64,000 bases of DNA, taken from positions 1-64,000 of IMG/VR virus record IMGVR_UViG_3300023084_000009; one strand, 5' to 3'. The notes below the pieces were generated by a model. That model was not told where the DNA came from. It saw only the letters and a program-made list of their open reading frames with translations, and did no database searches. A program made the position numbers and the translations under genes. Within the stretch, counting starts at the first letter, position 1; each line of letters starts with the position of its first letter. Positions 28,471-39,007 of this stretch are shown piece by piece. This DNA comes from a virus.

Positions 28471-29289
28471 TTATTCTTCAAAAAGACTTGTAATTACCCC
28501 ACCGCCAGGATATTGTTGACCAAGACTACTATCCGCACGATACGGTCTAAATTGAAGATTTTTTAACCTCATAGCTTTTGATAATTCCTCTGATGGTGGC
28601 TCGCTCAGGCGAGGTCGTCCAATGGATTCTCCAGAATTAATTTTATTCAATACATCAGTGGAATTTGTAATTTGTTTGGCAACAGCCTTACTTTGTGGTT
28701 TAGACACAGTATCAACACCTTGTCCGGGAGTAATGCCAGTTTGCTTTTCAATTAAATCAACTGTCGCTTTTTTTCTTTCTTCATCTTTCTTACCACCATC
28801 ACCTTTTGGTGGTTGTTTTTTTGTTAATACTCCAGATACAACATTGTCCTGTTGATTATATTCTTGCTGTCCCAGTCCTCCAGGTTTTACATCTTGATCA
28901 TATCCACTCTTAACTTCAAATCTTCCAGATCCATACTTAACTCCAGAAGTTCTTCCCAGAACATTGGTTATCATTGGAATTTGTCTTTTATCACCATCCA
29001 AAAATCTACCAAGAACAACATCACCTGGAGATATTTTTGGTGTTCTTAGTCTTCCTCCAGCACCAGAACCATCACAAGTTCCGAGAGCACATATGGCATA
29101 TGTAATTTCTTCGTCTTTGATTGATTGATCAACTGGATGATGACCCATTATAGCAACTCTATATCTGTATCCCCATCCAGCAAGACCTGATAATTGATCT
29201 TTTTGTGAATCTCCAGATAGAACAATGCCAAGGAACTCATTAGTTCCAGCACCGTAAAAATTTAGACTAGAAGATGAAAAAGCGTCCAT
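28471..29289 (-). CDS. gp5-like N-terminal OB-fold protein
   Basis: GWGYRYRVAIMGHHP...PGDVVLGRFLDGDKRQIPMI. Confidence 0.7.
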   Translation of the reverse strand: MDAFSSSSLNFYGAGTNEFLGIVLSGDSQKDQLSGLAGWGYRYRVAIMGHHPVDQSIKDEEITYAICALGTCDGSGAGGRLRTPKISPGDVVLGRFLDGDKRQIPMITNVLGRTSGVKYGSGRFEVKSGYDQDVKPGGLGQQEYNQQDNVVSGVLTKKQPPKGDGGKKDEERKKATVDLIEKQTGITPGQGVDTVSKPQSKAVAKQITNSTDVLNKINSGESIGRPRLSEPPSEELSKAMRLKNLQFRPYRADSSLGQQYPGGGVITSLFEE

Positions 29290-30614
29290 TAGCTATTTTT
29301 AGTAAAATGTAATCCGTATGAATCTCTAATTAAAACAATAGATGTAACTGATTTGTTTGGTTCAAAGTGATGGCAAAGACTTTTTATTATATATTCTCCA
29401 CTCTGACGTTCATCTACACCTTGTTCTTTGTTCGTTGATGTACTCTCCACATTCATTTTAATTTTTCTTCCTGCTTCAAGATCCAAATTACAAGGAACAG
29501 AAATAGAATGAGATTGGGAGAACATTACATTATATCTTGTTGTTCCGGCGGCATAGTATAGTTCTGGACTATTATTAATTCCCAAATTTGCCTCATCAGC
29601 ACCAACATCTAGAATGGCAGTTTGAACTCTGTGATATCTCTTTCCAGCATTGAAGTCTGATGCTAATATTCCAGGAAACTTTGGTTTCTTAGCAATAGAA
29701 GAAAACTTTGGATCATTAACTACAGAAATATCAATCTCTTTAAACTGTAGGTTTGATGGATTAAAGAAAATATTTTTAGTAGCATATACACCAGATCTGA
29801 TTTGTGACAACAAACTTTGGTCTTTCGTTGTTGTAAGAGACGATACTTTAAAATTATTACTGGAGTTTTTTAATTCAACAGAAGATTGTACGGCACCATT
29901 GTAATTATATTCATTTCCATATCTCTGCTGTTTTAGCAACTTATCAGCAGAAACATAATGAAACTTCGACTTAGTTTCATAGATGAAATATCCAGGATTT
30001 GATACGCTAGAAGGAACCGTTGCCTTTGCCAACATAAACAAAATATCAAATGGTCTCTTATTCATACCAGTAAATGAATATGAATTTGCCGAAGGATCTA
30101 GGTCAATTTTGTTTTTGTCAATAGTAAGAACTTCTGTGAGAATTTTTTGAACAGAGTCTGTAATTTTCCCTTTGTAGTGTTTTGTGATTCTTGTAGTTTC
30201 ATTCAACCACCCAATGCGAGAAATAAATTTAAGAATTATTGTTTCACTTGTAGAACTTTTATCAAGAATACTCACATCTGTAACATAAAGTCTCTTAAAT
30301 GGGTCGGTTGAAAAGTCTAGAAGATTAGTCTCATTACCAACACCCGCCCTAATCTTTGCTGTAATTACACATCCAGCACTAAGTGGTAAGAAGTTATAAA
30401 GAGATCCACTTCTCTGTTGATTATCTTCTGTGGATTTGGCAGCATCAATCGTGCTTACAATAACAACATTTCCAGTAATGTAAGGCGAGAGGATAGTTTC
30501 ATAATAGTCGAATCTTGTAACTCTAAACTTACCACTATAAGCATCCACAGCATTAGAACCATCCTGTGAGATTATCTTGAATTCTTCGTATTTAAAGTCT
30601 TGTGCTTCTAACAT
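29289..30614 (-). CDS. Baseplate hub protein (gp27-like)
   Basis: YYETILSPYITG...GYFIYETKSKFHYVS...SGEYIIKSLCHHF...RDSYG. Confidence 0.6.
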   Translation of the reverse strand: MLEAQDFKYEEFKIISQDGSNAVDAYSGKFRVTRFDYYETILSPYITGNVVIVSTIDAAKSTEDNQQRSGSLYNFLPLSAGCVITAKIRAGVGNETNLLDFSTDPFKRLYVTDVSILDKSSTSETIILKFISRIGWLNETTRITKHYKGKITDSVQKILTEVLTIDKNKIDLDPSANSYSFTGMNKRPFDILFMLAKATVPSSVSNPGYFIYETKSKFHYVSADKLLKQQRYGNEYNYNGAVQSSVELKNSSNNFKVSSLTTTKDQSLLSQIRSGVYATKNIFFNPSNLQFKEIDISVVNDPKFSSIAKKPKFPGILASDFNAGKRYHRVQTAILDVGADEANLGINNSPELYYAAGTTRYNVMFSQSHSISVPCNLDLEAGRKIKMNVESTSTNKEQGVDERQSGEYIIKSLCHHFEPNKSVTSIVLIRDSYGLHFTKNS

Positions 30615-32212
30615 TATGGTATATTGTTAAGTGAGAATGCTGATCTTGGTTTTGTAATGTCAAATAAAACAGGAACCTGAGTTGGTGATGCGTTACCAGA
30701 ACTGATAGGAGTAGATGGTGCTTGTGTCACAATAGGTAATAATAAAAGTTTAGTTTGTGAGTCATCTACTGAGGTATCTATACTAAGTGGTTTCTTTTCA
30801 AGTCCTTTAAGTATGGCAAGTGTTTTCTTAGCTTCTCTTTCTTGTTTTTTCCTCTCTGCTATTTTTTCTTGCTGTCTCTTTAGTAAAGAAGTTTCATCAT
30901 CTGGACCAGAATTTAAATGGTTCAATGTATATTGAACACCATTGGATTCGATAATAACTCTATTGCCATATCCATCACCACGATTTGGAATAAATTGAAC
31001 ATACTTCAGTCCACCTTGTAGTGTTATCTTTTGATCTGGATCTCCAGCATAATCTTCTCCTCGGTGCATACTACCCCATCTCATCCCAATACCAGAGGTA
31101 AATCTCAATCTTTGTGTCATTGGAATGCCACTTACAAGAATATTATTCTTAACAGAGTCTGGTATAGACGCTCCTGGATTTGTGTAATTCTCAATATGAA
31201 TATGAGATCCACCAGGTCCTGCTGGCACCGTTTTTCCAGTGTATCCAACAGATCCAATTACTTCATCCGATCTTACAGCAACTGGTGTTAGATCCGATGC
31301 TGGTCTTGTTTTTGGACCTTCTCCTGGGGTTTCATTTGGTCTTTCGTTACCATCTCCACCAAATTTTTTAATAGTTTTTAGAGTTTTGACAATATCTTCA
31401 AACTTACTCATATTCTTATCATATAAATCAGTAGTTTCCTTGTTCTGTTCGGAAGTCTTAGAGAAAAGTTTTACTGGATTTGTTTTTTCATTACCAATTG
31501 TTGTTCTCTTTGGTTGTTGATTTGCCTGAGACTGTTTATTAACTGCTCCACCTTTGTTTCTCTTTTGTATTTTTGGAATACTACCTTCTGATGAACTTTG
31601 TGGTGGAGATATCTGTGGAGATGCTTGTGGAGTTTGTTGTGGGAACATATTCCCTGGTGCCATTGGAGCAAAAGGTATCTCTGGAATAACGATACCATCA
31701 GCATCAATCTCACCATCTAATCCACGTAGTTCTTTTTCTGATTGTTGTATATTTTTCTTAGCATCGTCTGGTTTGAAAAGAGAAGATATACTGTTATAGA
31801 CTGATCCTATTCCACTTGCTATTACTCCAAGTGCCTTAACAGTTCCAACAACAAATGGTCCAACAGTTTTTATAAAAGAGGATACTTTTTCAATAATTAT
31901 AGGTAACTTATCAACCAGAAATCCAAGAACAAGATAACCAAAGAAGTTTATAATACGATCTTTGATGCTCATCACCATTCCACCAACACCCGATAGAATT
32001 TTTTTACCAAATCCCATTCCTGGTTTAATTTTTGTTTCTGCCTTTTGCTCTGCCTCTGCTCTTCTTCTGTCCTGAACTTCCTTACTAATTAATGCTGTTT
32101 TTTTAGAGTCAATTCTTCTAACTTGAGTATTAGATTTGATAAGAAAACTTTTAATGTTAGTGACATTAAGTTTTAAATTTTCTATTTGAGTTGTGGTGTT
32201 TAGTTCTTCCAT
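30614..32212 (-). CDS. Tail-associated protein with permuted M23 peptidase domain
   Basis: IGSVGYTG...HIHIE precedes HRGED...GYGNRVII...NHL. Confidence 0.7.
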   Translation of the reverse strand: MEELNTTTQIENLKLNVTNIKSFLIKSNTQVRRIDSKKTALISKEVQDRRRAEAEQKAETKIKPGMGFGKKILSGVGGMVMSIKDRIINFFGYLVLGFLVDKLPIIIEKVSSFIKTVGPFVVGTVKALGVIASGIGSVYNSISSLFKPDDAKKNIQQSEKELRGLDGEIDADGIVIPEIPFAPMAPGNMFPQQTPQASPQISPPQSSSEGSIPKIQKRNKGGAVNKQSQANQQPKRTTIGNEKTNPVKLFSKTSEQNKETTDLYDKNMSKFEDIVKTLKTIKKFGGDGNERPNETPGEGPKTRPASDLTPVAVRSDEVIGSVGYTGKTVPAGPGGSHIHIENYTNPGASIPDSVKNNILVSGIPMTQRLRFTSGIGMRWGSMHRGEDYAGDPDQKITLQGGLKYVQFIPNRGDGYGNRVIIESNGVQYTLNHLNSGPDDETSLLKRQQEKIAERKKQEREAKKTLAILKGLEKKPLSIDTSVDDSQTKLLLLPIVTQAPSTPISSGNASPTQVPVLFDITKPRSAFSLNNIP

Positions 32213-32215
32213 TTA

Positions 32216-34111
32216 TCAACTCCCATATATTCCAAGTTCCATCATCGCATAAGCAACGTAGAAGTTTGATGGGTCTTCAGCATCAACCATTGGCATTGAA
32301 CTACCTCTAGATGGTGGAGTTGCCATAGTTCCAGAAGGTGTCATAGTTTGATTTCCGCCACCCATGTTCATTGGTGGAAGAACCGCCAATGATGATCCCG
32401 ATGAAGGTCTTCTCAGATCTTTGGTTGCTCTTCTTGGTTGCTTCAAATTAACACTAATTTGTCCAACAACTCCAGCAGAATTCATTTCAATTCCAGATTG
32501 AGCAGAACCCATTAGGTTGCCAACTTTTAGTTTCGGCATTGAGCGAAGATCACCACCACCATATATTCTTTGATATAAAGCAGGATCAGACTCTTTCAAT
32601 TTCATCTTTTTAACAAAATCATCATAATCTTTCAAAGTGGTTTCAAACTTTTCATTTGCTGCTTTGAATATTTCATTATTTTCTTCTTGCTTCTTAAGGG
32701 CACCAATCATCATAGTATAAAGTTGTCCACCATTATAAATGACATCATCAATGAATGGTCCAAATTTTTTGCTTTCATCTCTTGGAACAACCTTTTCTCC
32801 AGGAGTTGCCAAAAGTGGGACAATATCTCTATTCACATTTGGTCCAGGAACTGTTCCACCTCTATTCATTTCTAAACCAGAATTTTCTTGTTCTTCACCA
32901 CCACCACCAGTCAACATGTCATAAACAGTACCACCAAGTAAGTCACCAACAAGACTACCAAGTAATGTACCAACTCCAGGAATAGGTATAAATGATCCTA
33001 ACGCGCCACCTAACATGGCTCCAATAGACTTTGCTGCTGCTCTTCCAATAGGTTCTCCTAAAGCTAATGAAACAGCAAAATCAATTAGTGCTCCAAAAAA
33101 AGGTATTCTCTTAAGTAATGGTCTTAATAGTTTTCCAAGACCTTTGGCACCAGGACCCATGCCCATAGATTTCATCATTCCTGATCCAAGTCTTTTTAAA
33201 CCTACATCAGCACGCTGGAGTCCTTTTGCTAATGGATTTTTTGATCTTGTTACAACATCTAAATCTATTTTTTTCCGTGCGCCACCACCATCAAATTGAG
33301 CAGGTCCTGTTCTTCCACCAGTTCCAGTATAAAAAGATCTAGTTTCTCTACCTATTGTTACACCCCTTCTTCCACCCGAGGCATTTCGAAATAATCCACC
33401 ACCAGTTCCGCCAGTTCCGCCAGTTCCACCAAAACCACGCCCAGTCGCAAATCTAGAAATACCACGGAGAAGACGGTAAAGACGTGTAATCTTTCTAACA
33501 ACTCTAAGAACAAGAACACCACCAATAACCATCAAAATGGTATTGGCATGTTTTGATAGGAAATCAAAAAATCCTTGTATCTTTTCTATACTACCTGGTT
33601 TGCTTAACCACTTCAGTCCCTGGTTGATTAAAAATCCACCAACCAGTGCTCCAAAGAACTGAAGTATTCTGTCGAATATATTCTTTGTTGGAGCAATAAT
33701 TTTATCTACAGTTTTACCAATCTTTGATCCAAGTTTATTGACAGTCTCTGCGCCTTCTTCTGCCTTACCTCTTTTTCTCTTATCGGTGGCACTTCTTATT
33801 TTCTTTACTTCATCTTCTTCTTTTGCTATTCTATAAGCAAAATCCAAAGAAAGTTGTTTTTGAATTTCTACAAGAATATTATTAGTCTCTACTAAAGTCT
33901 GTTCTATAGGAGCAGACTCTTTCTTTAAGTATTTTGGATCTACATAACTAGCGCGAGCACCAATCTGCATTCCCTTTGGAATTTTGATTGTAGTCGATTT
34001 ACCTACCAGTGGTGACTCGCCACGAAATATTGAGGAAGAAACCGTTGTTTTTCCTAACTTAGGTTTTGCCTTTAGTGATGGTGCGGTAAATGCCTGACTA
34101 CTAAATGCCAC
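32216..34111 (-). CDS. Tape-measure/baseplate hub-like protein (gp29-like)
   Basis: Helical, Gly/Ala-rich hydrophobic segments; position next to gp51/gp26. Confidence 0.5.
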   Translation of the reverse strand: MAFSSQAFTAPSLKAKPKLGKTTVSSSIFRGESPLVGKSTTIKIPKGMQIGARASYVDPKYLKKESAPIEQTLVETNNILVEIQKQLSLDFAYRIAKEEDEVKKIRSATDKRKRGKAEEGAETVNKLGSKIGKTVDKIIAPTKNIFDRILQFFGALVGGFLINQGLKWLSKPGSIEKIQGFFDFLSKHANTILMVIGGVLVLRVVRKITRLYRLLRGISRFATGRGFGGTGGTGGTGGGLFRNASGGRRGVTIGRETRSFYTGTGGRTGPAQFDGGGARKKIDLDVVTRSKNPLAKGLQRADVGLKRLGSGMMKSMGMGPGAKGLGKLLRPLLKRIPFFGALIDFAVSLALGEPIGRAAAKSIGAMLGGALGSFIPIPGVGTLLGSLVGDLLGGTVYDMLTGGGGEEQENSGLEMNRGGTVPGPNVNRDIVPLLATPGEKVVPRDESKKFGPFIDDVIYNGGQLYTMMIGALKKQEENNEIFKAANEKFETTLKDYDDFVKKMKLKESDPALYQRIYGGGDLRSMPKLKVGNLMGSAQSGIEMNSAGVVGQISVNLKQPRRATKDLRRPSSGSSLAVLPPMNMGGGNQTMTPSGTMATPPSRGSSMPMVDAEDPSNFYVAYAMMELGIYGS

Positions 34112-34277
34112 TCTGCTGCTGTTTTAGATTTTCTTCTTCAATGTACTGTTGGAGAAGAGTAACATAAATTTCTCTCTCCCACGGTATCATATTTTCAATC
34201 TCCGTCAAACTATATTTATGGTGCTGAATGAGAGCAAAATTTGTTCTATAGTAGTTTTCCAGGCTTTCATGCGCCAT
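34101..34277 (-). CDS. gp51: Baseplate hub assembly catalyst (gp51-like; not in ORF track)
   Basis: MAHESLENYYRTNFALIQHHKYSLTEIENMIPWEREIYVTLL. Confidence 0.8.
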   Translation of the reverse strand: MAHESLENYYRTNFALIQHHKYSLTEIENMIPWEREIYVTLLQQYIEEENLKQQQSGI

Positions 34278-34279
34278 CG

Positions 34280-35002
34280 CTAGCTGAAAAAACTTGCTAA
34301 CCCTTCTAGAACCACTTCACTTTCAACACCTGTCTCTGGATTTTTAACTTTAACAGTATGTGTAAGTTTTGGCATCGTATTGAAGAACTCTTCAATATCC
34401 TTGAACTGTTTGGTGTTCATCTGTTCGATAAAATCTCTCAGTTCTTTCTTAGTACAGTCAGAAGCACTCCAAGACTCATCTTCTGTGAATACTTGACCAA
34501 TACAAGCAACAATAACTTCAAGTGATTTGTCAACATCACTTCCAGTCTCATTATACTCGAAGTTGTTCTCAACGAACTGTGCAAGAGAAGGATATTTCAT
34601 TTGGATTGAAAGATTATCATCCAATTTAACAACATTTGAATGTTTTGGATCCTTTTCAACTTTAATGGCATCCAAATCAATTTCAACTTTTACTTTAGTT
34701 ACATTATCATCTGGGCAGGTAATATTAACTTCTACTGTTTCACCAACAGAACGAGCACGAATATTCAGGAAGAGATACTCGATATCAAATGTTGAAAGAT
34801 CATCAACTTTTACACCGCGTGTGCTAATACAATCAGTGATAACTGTTTTAATAGCACTTGAGATTTGTTTCATATTCTCAGACTCAAGTGCCATGATGAG
34901 AATTTTTTCTTCTCTTACAAGAAAGGGACGATACTTAATTTTCTTTCCAGTAGAAGGCAATTCCAACTCATATGTTGGCGTAGAGATCTTTGGTAATGGC
35001 AT
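34280..35002 (-). CDS. gp26: Baseplate hub subunit gp26
   Basis: MPLPKI.TPTYELELPSTGKKIKYRPFLVREEKIL...FDIEYLFLNIRARSVGE. Confidence 0.9.
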   Translation of the reverse strand: MPLPKISTPTYELELPSTGKKIKYRPFLVREEKILIMALESENMKQISSAIKTVITDCISTRGVKVDDLSTFDIEYLFLNIRARSVGETVEVNITCPDDNVTKVKVEIDLDAIKVEKDPKHSNVVKLDDNLSIQMKYPSLAQFVENNFEYNETGSDVDKSLEVIVACIGQVFTEDESWSASDCTKKELRDFIEQMNTKQFKDIEEFFNTMPKLTHTVKVKNPETGVESEVVLEGLASFFS

Positions 35003-35045
35003 AATAACCTATGATATTGTCAGTTGAAATTATTTATTACTATTT

Positions 35046-35930
35046 TTAAAGTCCCCTTGGACCAGTTACACTTTCTCTCAATTTTCTGTCTCTGGCAGCA
35101 TTTATTTTTTGGGTAGATTGGATTGTTCCTCCTTTATAAGCATCAAACCATTCTTGATCAGTTAAAAGTCCCTTGAATGGTCTCTCTACTGGTTCATTTG
35201 TTACTGGATTAATAGGCACATCTTGTGCTGGTGATGGTTCTGGTTGGACAGGAGTTTCTCCTTGTGTATTTGAAGATCCTACTCCCCTTCCTTGAAGGAT
35301 AAGATACCTATCATAGGCAAAAGAAACTGTTACCTTTAAAGTATCTGCTGGACCATAAGAAACAGGAATAGCAGACATTGATTTGGGAAAAGCATTAAAA
35401 AATTGATAAGTCAACATTGGAGATCCAGTTTTAGTAGTGTCTCTTTCAAACTTAGTAATATCAAACCCAGATTGACACTTATAACCTCCCTCTCCTTCTG
35501 GATAGTTAAATCTTCTATAGTATCGAGAATCAGTTTGCCCAAATCTTTGTATATTATTACCAGAAATATAATCCATCCATCCTTCAAAAACTTTAATCAT
35601 TTGATAATTTTTATCGACATAAAAAGTGAAATCACTGTCTATGTAAAGTCTTGTATGGGCGAATTGTTGATTTACTCCATGAAAATTATCTTTTACTTCT
35701 GCTGTAGCAAATGAACTTGCTGGAAGTGTCGCATCAGCACACATTAAACCAGCCTGTTCTCTAATCCAATTAGATGGAACACCATACGTTTTACTAATAT
35801 ATTTTTTTACGACCTCAGGAATACCTCCAATATTAACTTGATAATAATTGGTAAGAGATGGTTTAGCAATGTCCTTGGATTTAAGGACACTCATCTTAGG
35901 TTCTTGGACTACTGTCTTTGGCGATGCCAT
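35046..35930 (-). CDS. Tail tube-like protein (gp19/gp54 fold)
   Basis: LMCADATLP...FTFYVD...FEGWMDYI...AFPKSMS...VTVSFAY. Confidence 0.65.
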   Translation of the reverse strand: MASPKTVVQEPKMSVLKSKDIAKPSLTNYYQVNIGGIPEVVKKYISKTYGVPSNWIREQAGLMCADATLPASSFATAEVKDNFHGVNQQFAHTRLYIDSDFTFYVDKNYQMIKVFEGWMDYISGNNIQRFGQTDSRYYRRFNYPEGEGGYKCQSGFDITKFERDTTKTGSPMLTYQFFNAFPKSMSAIPVSYGPADTLKVTVSFAYDRYLILQGRGVGSSNTQGETPVQPEPSPAQDVPINPVTNEPVERPFKGLLTDQEWFDAYKGGTIQSTQKINAARDRKLRESVTGPRGL

Positions 35931-35973
35931 CTAAATATCTCTAATGGAGCCTACATTATTAAGTATTTAGATG
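35928..35973. promoter_or_regulatory. Face-to-face divergent late promoters
   Basis: CTAAATA on + at 35931-35937 and on - at 35964-35970. Confidence 0.7.
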
Positions 35974-36408
35974 TCATATAAGGGAAAATTTCAACCATCA
36001 TACCCACAGAAATACAAAGGTGACCCAACAAACATAATCTATCGTTCTCTTTGGGAGCGAAAGTTTATGGTCTACTGTGATAAAAACCAAAACATTCTAG
36101 AGTGGGGTAGTGAAGAAATTGCCCTTCCATATCGTTCTCCCATTGATAATAGAATTCACAGATACTTTCCTGACTTCTATATTAAGGTGCGAGAAACGAA
36201 TGGTCAGATCAAGAAAATGATCATCGAGATCAAACCAAAGAAGCAAACAGTTGAACCAAAAGTTCAAAAGAAGAAAACAAAAGGATATATTTACGAAGTC
36301 TACGAGTATGCCAAGAACCAGGCAAAGTGGAAAGCAGCACGAGAATTCTGTAAAGATAGATTATGGGAGTTCAAAATCATCACAGAAGACGAACTAGGTA
36401 TTAAGTAA
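35971..36408 (+). CDS. gp4: Head completion nuclease gp4
   Basis: KYKGDPTNIIYRSLWE...WGSEE...HRYFPDF...EIKP...NQAKWKAA. Confidence 0.92.
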   Translation: MSYKGKFQPSYPQKYKGDPTNIIYRSLWERKFMVYCDKNQNILEWGSEEIALPYRSPIDNRIHRYFPDFYIKVRETNGQIKKMIIEIKPKKQTVEPKVQKKKTKGYIYEVYEYAKNQAKWKAAREFCKDRLWEFKIITEDELGIK

Positions 36409-36809
36409 TGCCGAGAAAAACTCTTAAACAGAGAAAAGAAAAATATCCAACAGAGAACGAAGTTAATCGAATTCGTTCCGTAATGGATAATATTATTGGT
36501 ATGGAAGATCCTGATGACGTGATGATGGAACTTATGAGCACCATACCCGAAAGTGGCAGAGCACCAAGTGCTGGAAAGTATTATGCCTTTGTTTATAATC
36601 CCAAGACTCCTAATATACTGTATGATCAAAATCCCCTAGTTGCCGTCACTGATGTATTCGAATGGGGATTTCGTGGTCTTAACTATCACTGGGGTCAAGT
36701 GCGCCAATACACTTGGAATGAAATCCCAGGACAGTTGTATGAAATCTATCCCGAAGAACTTGCCGATGCCAGAGAACTGCCTTTTATGAAACAGCGTCTA
36801 AATAGTTAG
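36408..36809 (+). CDS. DNA end protector-like protein (gp2-like)
   Basis: GKYYAFVYNPKT...YDQNPLV...GFRGLNYHW. Confidence 0.6.
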   Translation: MPRKTLKQRKEKYPTENEVNRIRSVMDNIIGMEDPDDVMMELMSTIPESGRAPSAGKYYAFVYNPKTPNILYDQNPLVAVTDVFEWGFRGLNYHWGQVRQYTWNEIPGQLYEIYPEELADARELPFMKQRLNS

Positions 36810-36822
36810 AAAAGTAGCCAAG

Positions 36823-37779
36823 ATGGCAGCAGCACCAGCATTTAACTATAGATACCCTAAAAGTACTATTGATAATTCTCAAGACTTTATTCAGTTTAAC
36901 ATATTTAAGTATGTTAGAGGGCAAAGGGGGATTAATATTAGAGTTGGGGATCCTGATTCAAGAGTAAATGTACCAAATCCAGATGGTTCTAGACCAGAAG
37001 ATCCCCAAACAAAATATACAAAATTTATAGATAAAGAAATATCAAAAAATACTTTGATTGGTGGAGCAGTAAAAGGAGATTCTCAAGGAAGCATAATTTT
37101 ACCAATTCCATCACAATTATCAGACACAAATGCTGCTAATTTTGGTGAAAGTTCACTAAATTCTTTTTATGCAGCAGCAATATCAGAAACACTAAACATA
37201 ACTGGTTCAAATACACCTGGTCAATTTGTAGAGAATCTTGGTAAGTCAGTGGTATCTGCTGCAGATATAGCAAAGGATCCATCAGTACAAAGTATAATAA
37301 AACTTTTTACAGCACAACAAGCAGTTAGTGCTCTTGGTGCTAATATTTCTTTTGAGCAGTTATTTGGACGAGCAACTGGTTCCATTATAAATCCAAATAT
37401 GGAACTGCTATTTAATGGTCCAACACTAAGGCAATTTAAGTTTCAATTTAAATTCACTCCAAGAAGTCAACCTGAAGCAAAGGAAGTAAAAAATATTATA
37501 AAAAGTTTCAAAAAGCATATGGCACCAAGTGGAAGAGATACCAACTTTTTAAAGACTCCGGATGTTTTTGAATTGTCTTATCGGGGAAAATCATCTGAGT
37601 ATTTAAACAGATTTAAACTCTGTGCTCTCACAAATATGAGTGTCAACTACACTGGTGAAGGAAATTATGCCACTTATAGTGATGGTGCTCCAGTTTCTAC
37701 GATTATGGATTTGGCATTCCAAGAACTATCACCAGTTTATCAAGAAGACTACAATGGAGTAGGAGGAGTAGGTTACTAA
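36823..37779 (+). CDS. gp48: Baseplate tail tube cap gp48
   Basis: IILPIP...NPNMELLFNGPTLRQFKFQFKFTPRS..EA...LAFQEL. Confidence 0.88.
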   Translation: MAAAPAFNYRYPKSTIDNSQDFIQFNIFKYVRGQRGINIRVGDPDSRVNVPNPDGSRPEDPQTKYTKFIDKEISKNTLIGGAVKGDSQGSIILPIPSQLSDTNAANFGESSLNSFYAAAISETLNITGSNTPGQFVENLGKSVVSAADIAKDPSVQSIIKLFTAQQAVSALGANISFEQLFGRATGSIINPNMELLFNGPTLRQFKFQFKFTPRSQPEAKEVKNIIKSFKKHMAPSGRDTNFLKTPDVFELSYRGKSSEYLNRFKLCALTNMSVNYTGEGNYATYSDGAPVSTIMDLAFQELSPVYQEDYNGVGGVGY

Positions 37780-37780
37780 A

Positions 37781-38428
37781 ATGGGATACTTTAGAGAACT
37801 TCCAAATCTATTATATCCTTCTTATCTTTCTGATAAGAATTCATCTCTCAATTACATTGAGGTCAAGAACCTCTTCCGTAGAGTCAAACTAAGAGACGAT
37901 CTTCAAAATGTTTTAACTCTTTTCAATAAGTATGAAGTTCCAGAAGGATCAAGACCAGAACTTATTGCTGAAGAAGTTTATGGAGATCCAGAACTTGATT
38001 GGGTGGTTTTAATTACAGCAGGAATTATTAACGTTCGAGATGATTGGCCTCTTTCAGATCGAGATCTCTATAATTATGCCTACGAGAAATATGGAACCGA
38101 TTTGAACGCAACCCGCTTTTATGAAACTACAGAAGTTAAAGACTCTAATGGTCGTTTAATTCTTCCCAAAGGAAAAGTAGTTGACGGCACTTTTACAATT
38201 CCAAATCCTGCTGATCCAACGGCAACTCTAAATCCTGTTACTGGCATTAGCAACTACGAATATGAAGTTCGCAAGAACAATAAAAAGAGAAGTATCTATC
38301 TATTAAAACCAAGATACTTACAACAGTTCTTGAATGATATGAGAGACATCTTTACATATCAAAAATCTTCTCAGTATATTAACGAAAAATACATTCAAAC
38401 TGAGAATTTAAACATCACTCTTCCATAA
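37781..38428 (+). CDS. gp53: Baseplate wedge gp53
   Basis: MGYFRELPN...RPELIAEEVYGDPELDWVVL...WPLS. Confidence 0.9.
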   Translation: MGYFRELPNLLYPSYLSDKNSSLNYIEVKNLFRRVKLRDDLQNVLTLFNKYEVPEGSRPELIAEEVYGDPELDWVVLITAGIINVRDDWPLSDRDLYNYAYEKYGTDLNATRFYETTEVKDSNGRLILPKGKVVDGTFTIPNPADPTATLNPVTGISNYEYEVRKNNKKRSIYLLKPRYLQQFLNDMRDIFTYQKSSQYINEKYIQTENLNITLP

Positions 38429-39007
38429 GAGTTCTAGTTTCTTATCAAACATCATAACATATCGGTGCTTGCGGGAGCGTTCTTTCCATTCTCCCTCAGC
38501 ACCTTTTACTTTGCCACGAGAGTGCTTAGTTCCGTCTGAATAGTAGAAATCTTTTTTTGGTTCTGTAAGACCACAATACTTAAAGTTACAAGCGCGATAG
38601 ATTGTGCCAATATGAAAATCGTTATCAGCGTAAGAGATGATTGCTTTAACTTTAGTATCCTTTCGTAACTGTTTAATCGCTCTTGAAACAAACCAAGAAG
38701 TGATATTATATTCTGATTGTTGGGTTTCAGGGTGTATGCAAAGTCGTGAAAGTTCAAATAGTCCCTCTTGCTCATCTCTCCTTAAACCAAATGCTCCTTG
38801 TGCTATTTCTGGGACAGGGAGTCCAGTAAAAATACAGACTCCCTTAATACCACCAATATTCAGTGGACTGAAATCATTGCTCTCATATAAACCGTAGTTG
38901 TATCCAGATTTAAAAGACTTAGAAAAGTCCTTAAGATAATGAAACCGCAGAAGTAACTCTGCGGCTTCGGATTTACTTACTCGATCGATATGGTAATTAG
39001 ATTTCAC
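38408..39007 (-). CDS. Mom-like (GNAT-fold) DNA modification enzyme
   Basis: RFHYL...ELSRLC...SWFVSRAIK...IISYAD..FHIGTIYRACNFKYCG. Confidence 0.7.
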   Translation of the reverse strand: MKSNYHIDRVSKSEAAELLLRFHYLKDFSKSFKSGYNYGLYESNDFSPLNIGGIKGVCIFTGLPVPEIAQGAFGLRRDEQEGLFELSRLCIHPETQQSEYNITSWFVSRAIKQLRKDTKVKAIISYADNDFHIGTIYRACNFKYCGLTEPKKDFYYSDGTKHSRGKVKGAEGEWKERSRKHRYVMMFDKKLELLWKSDV

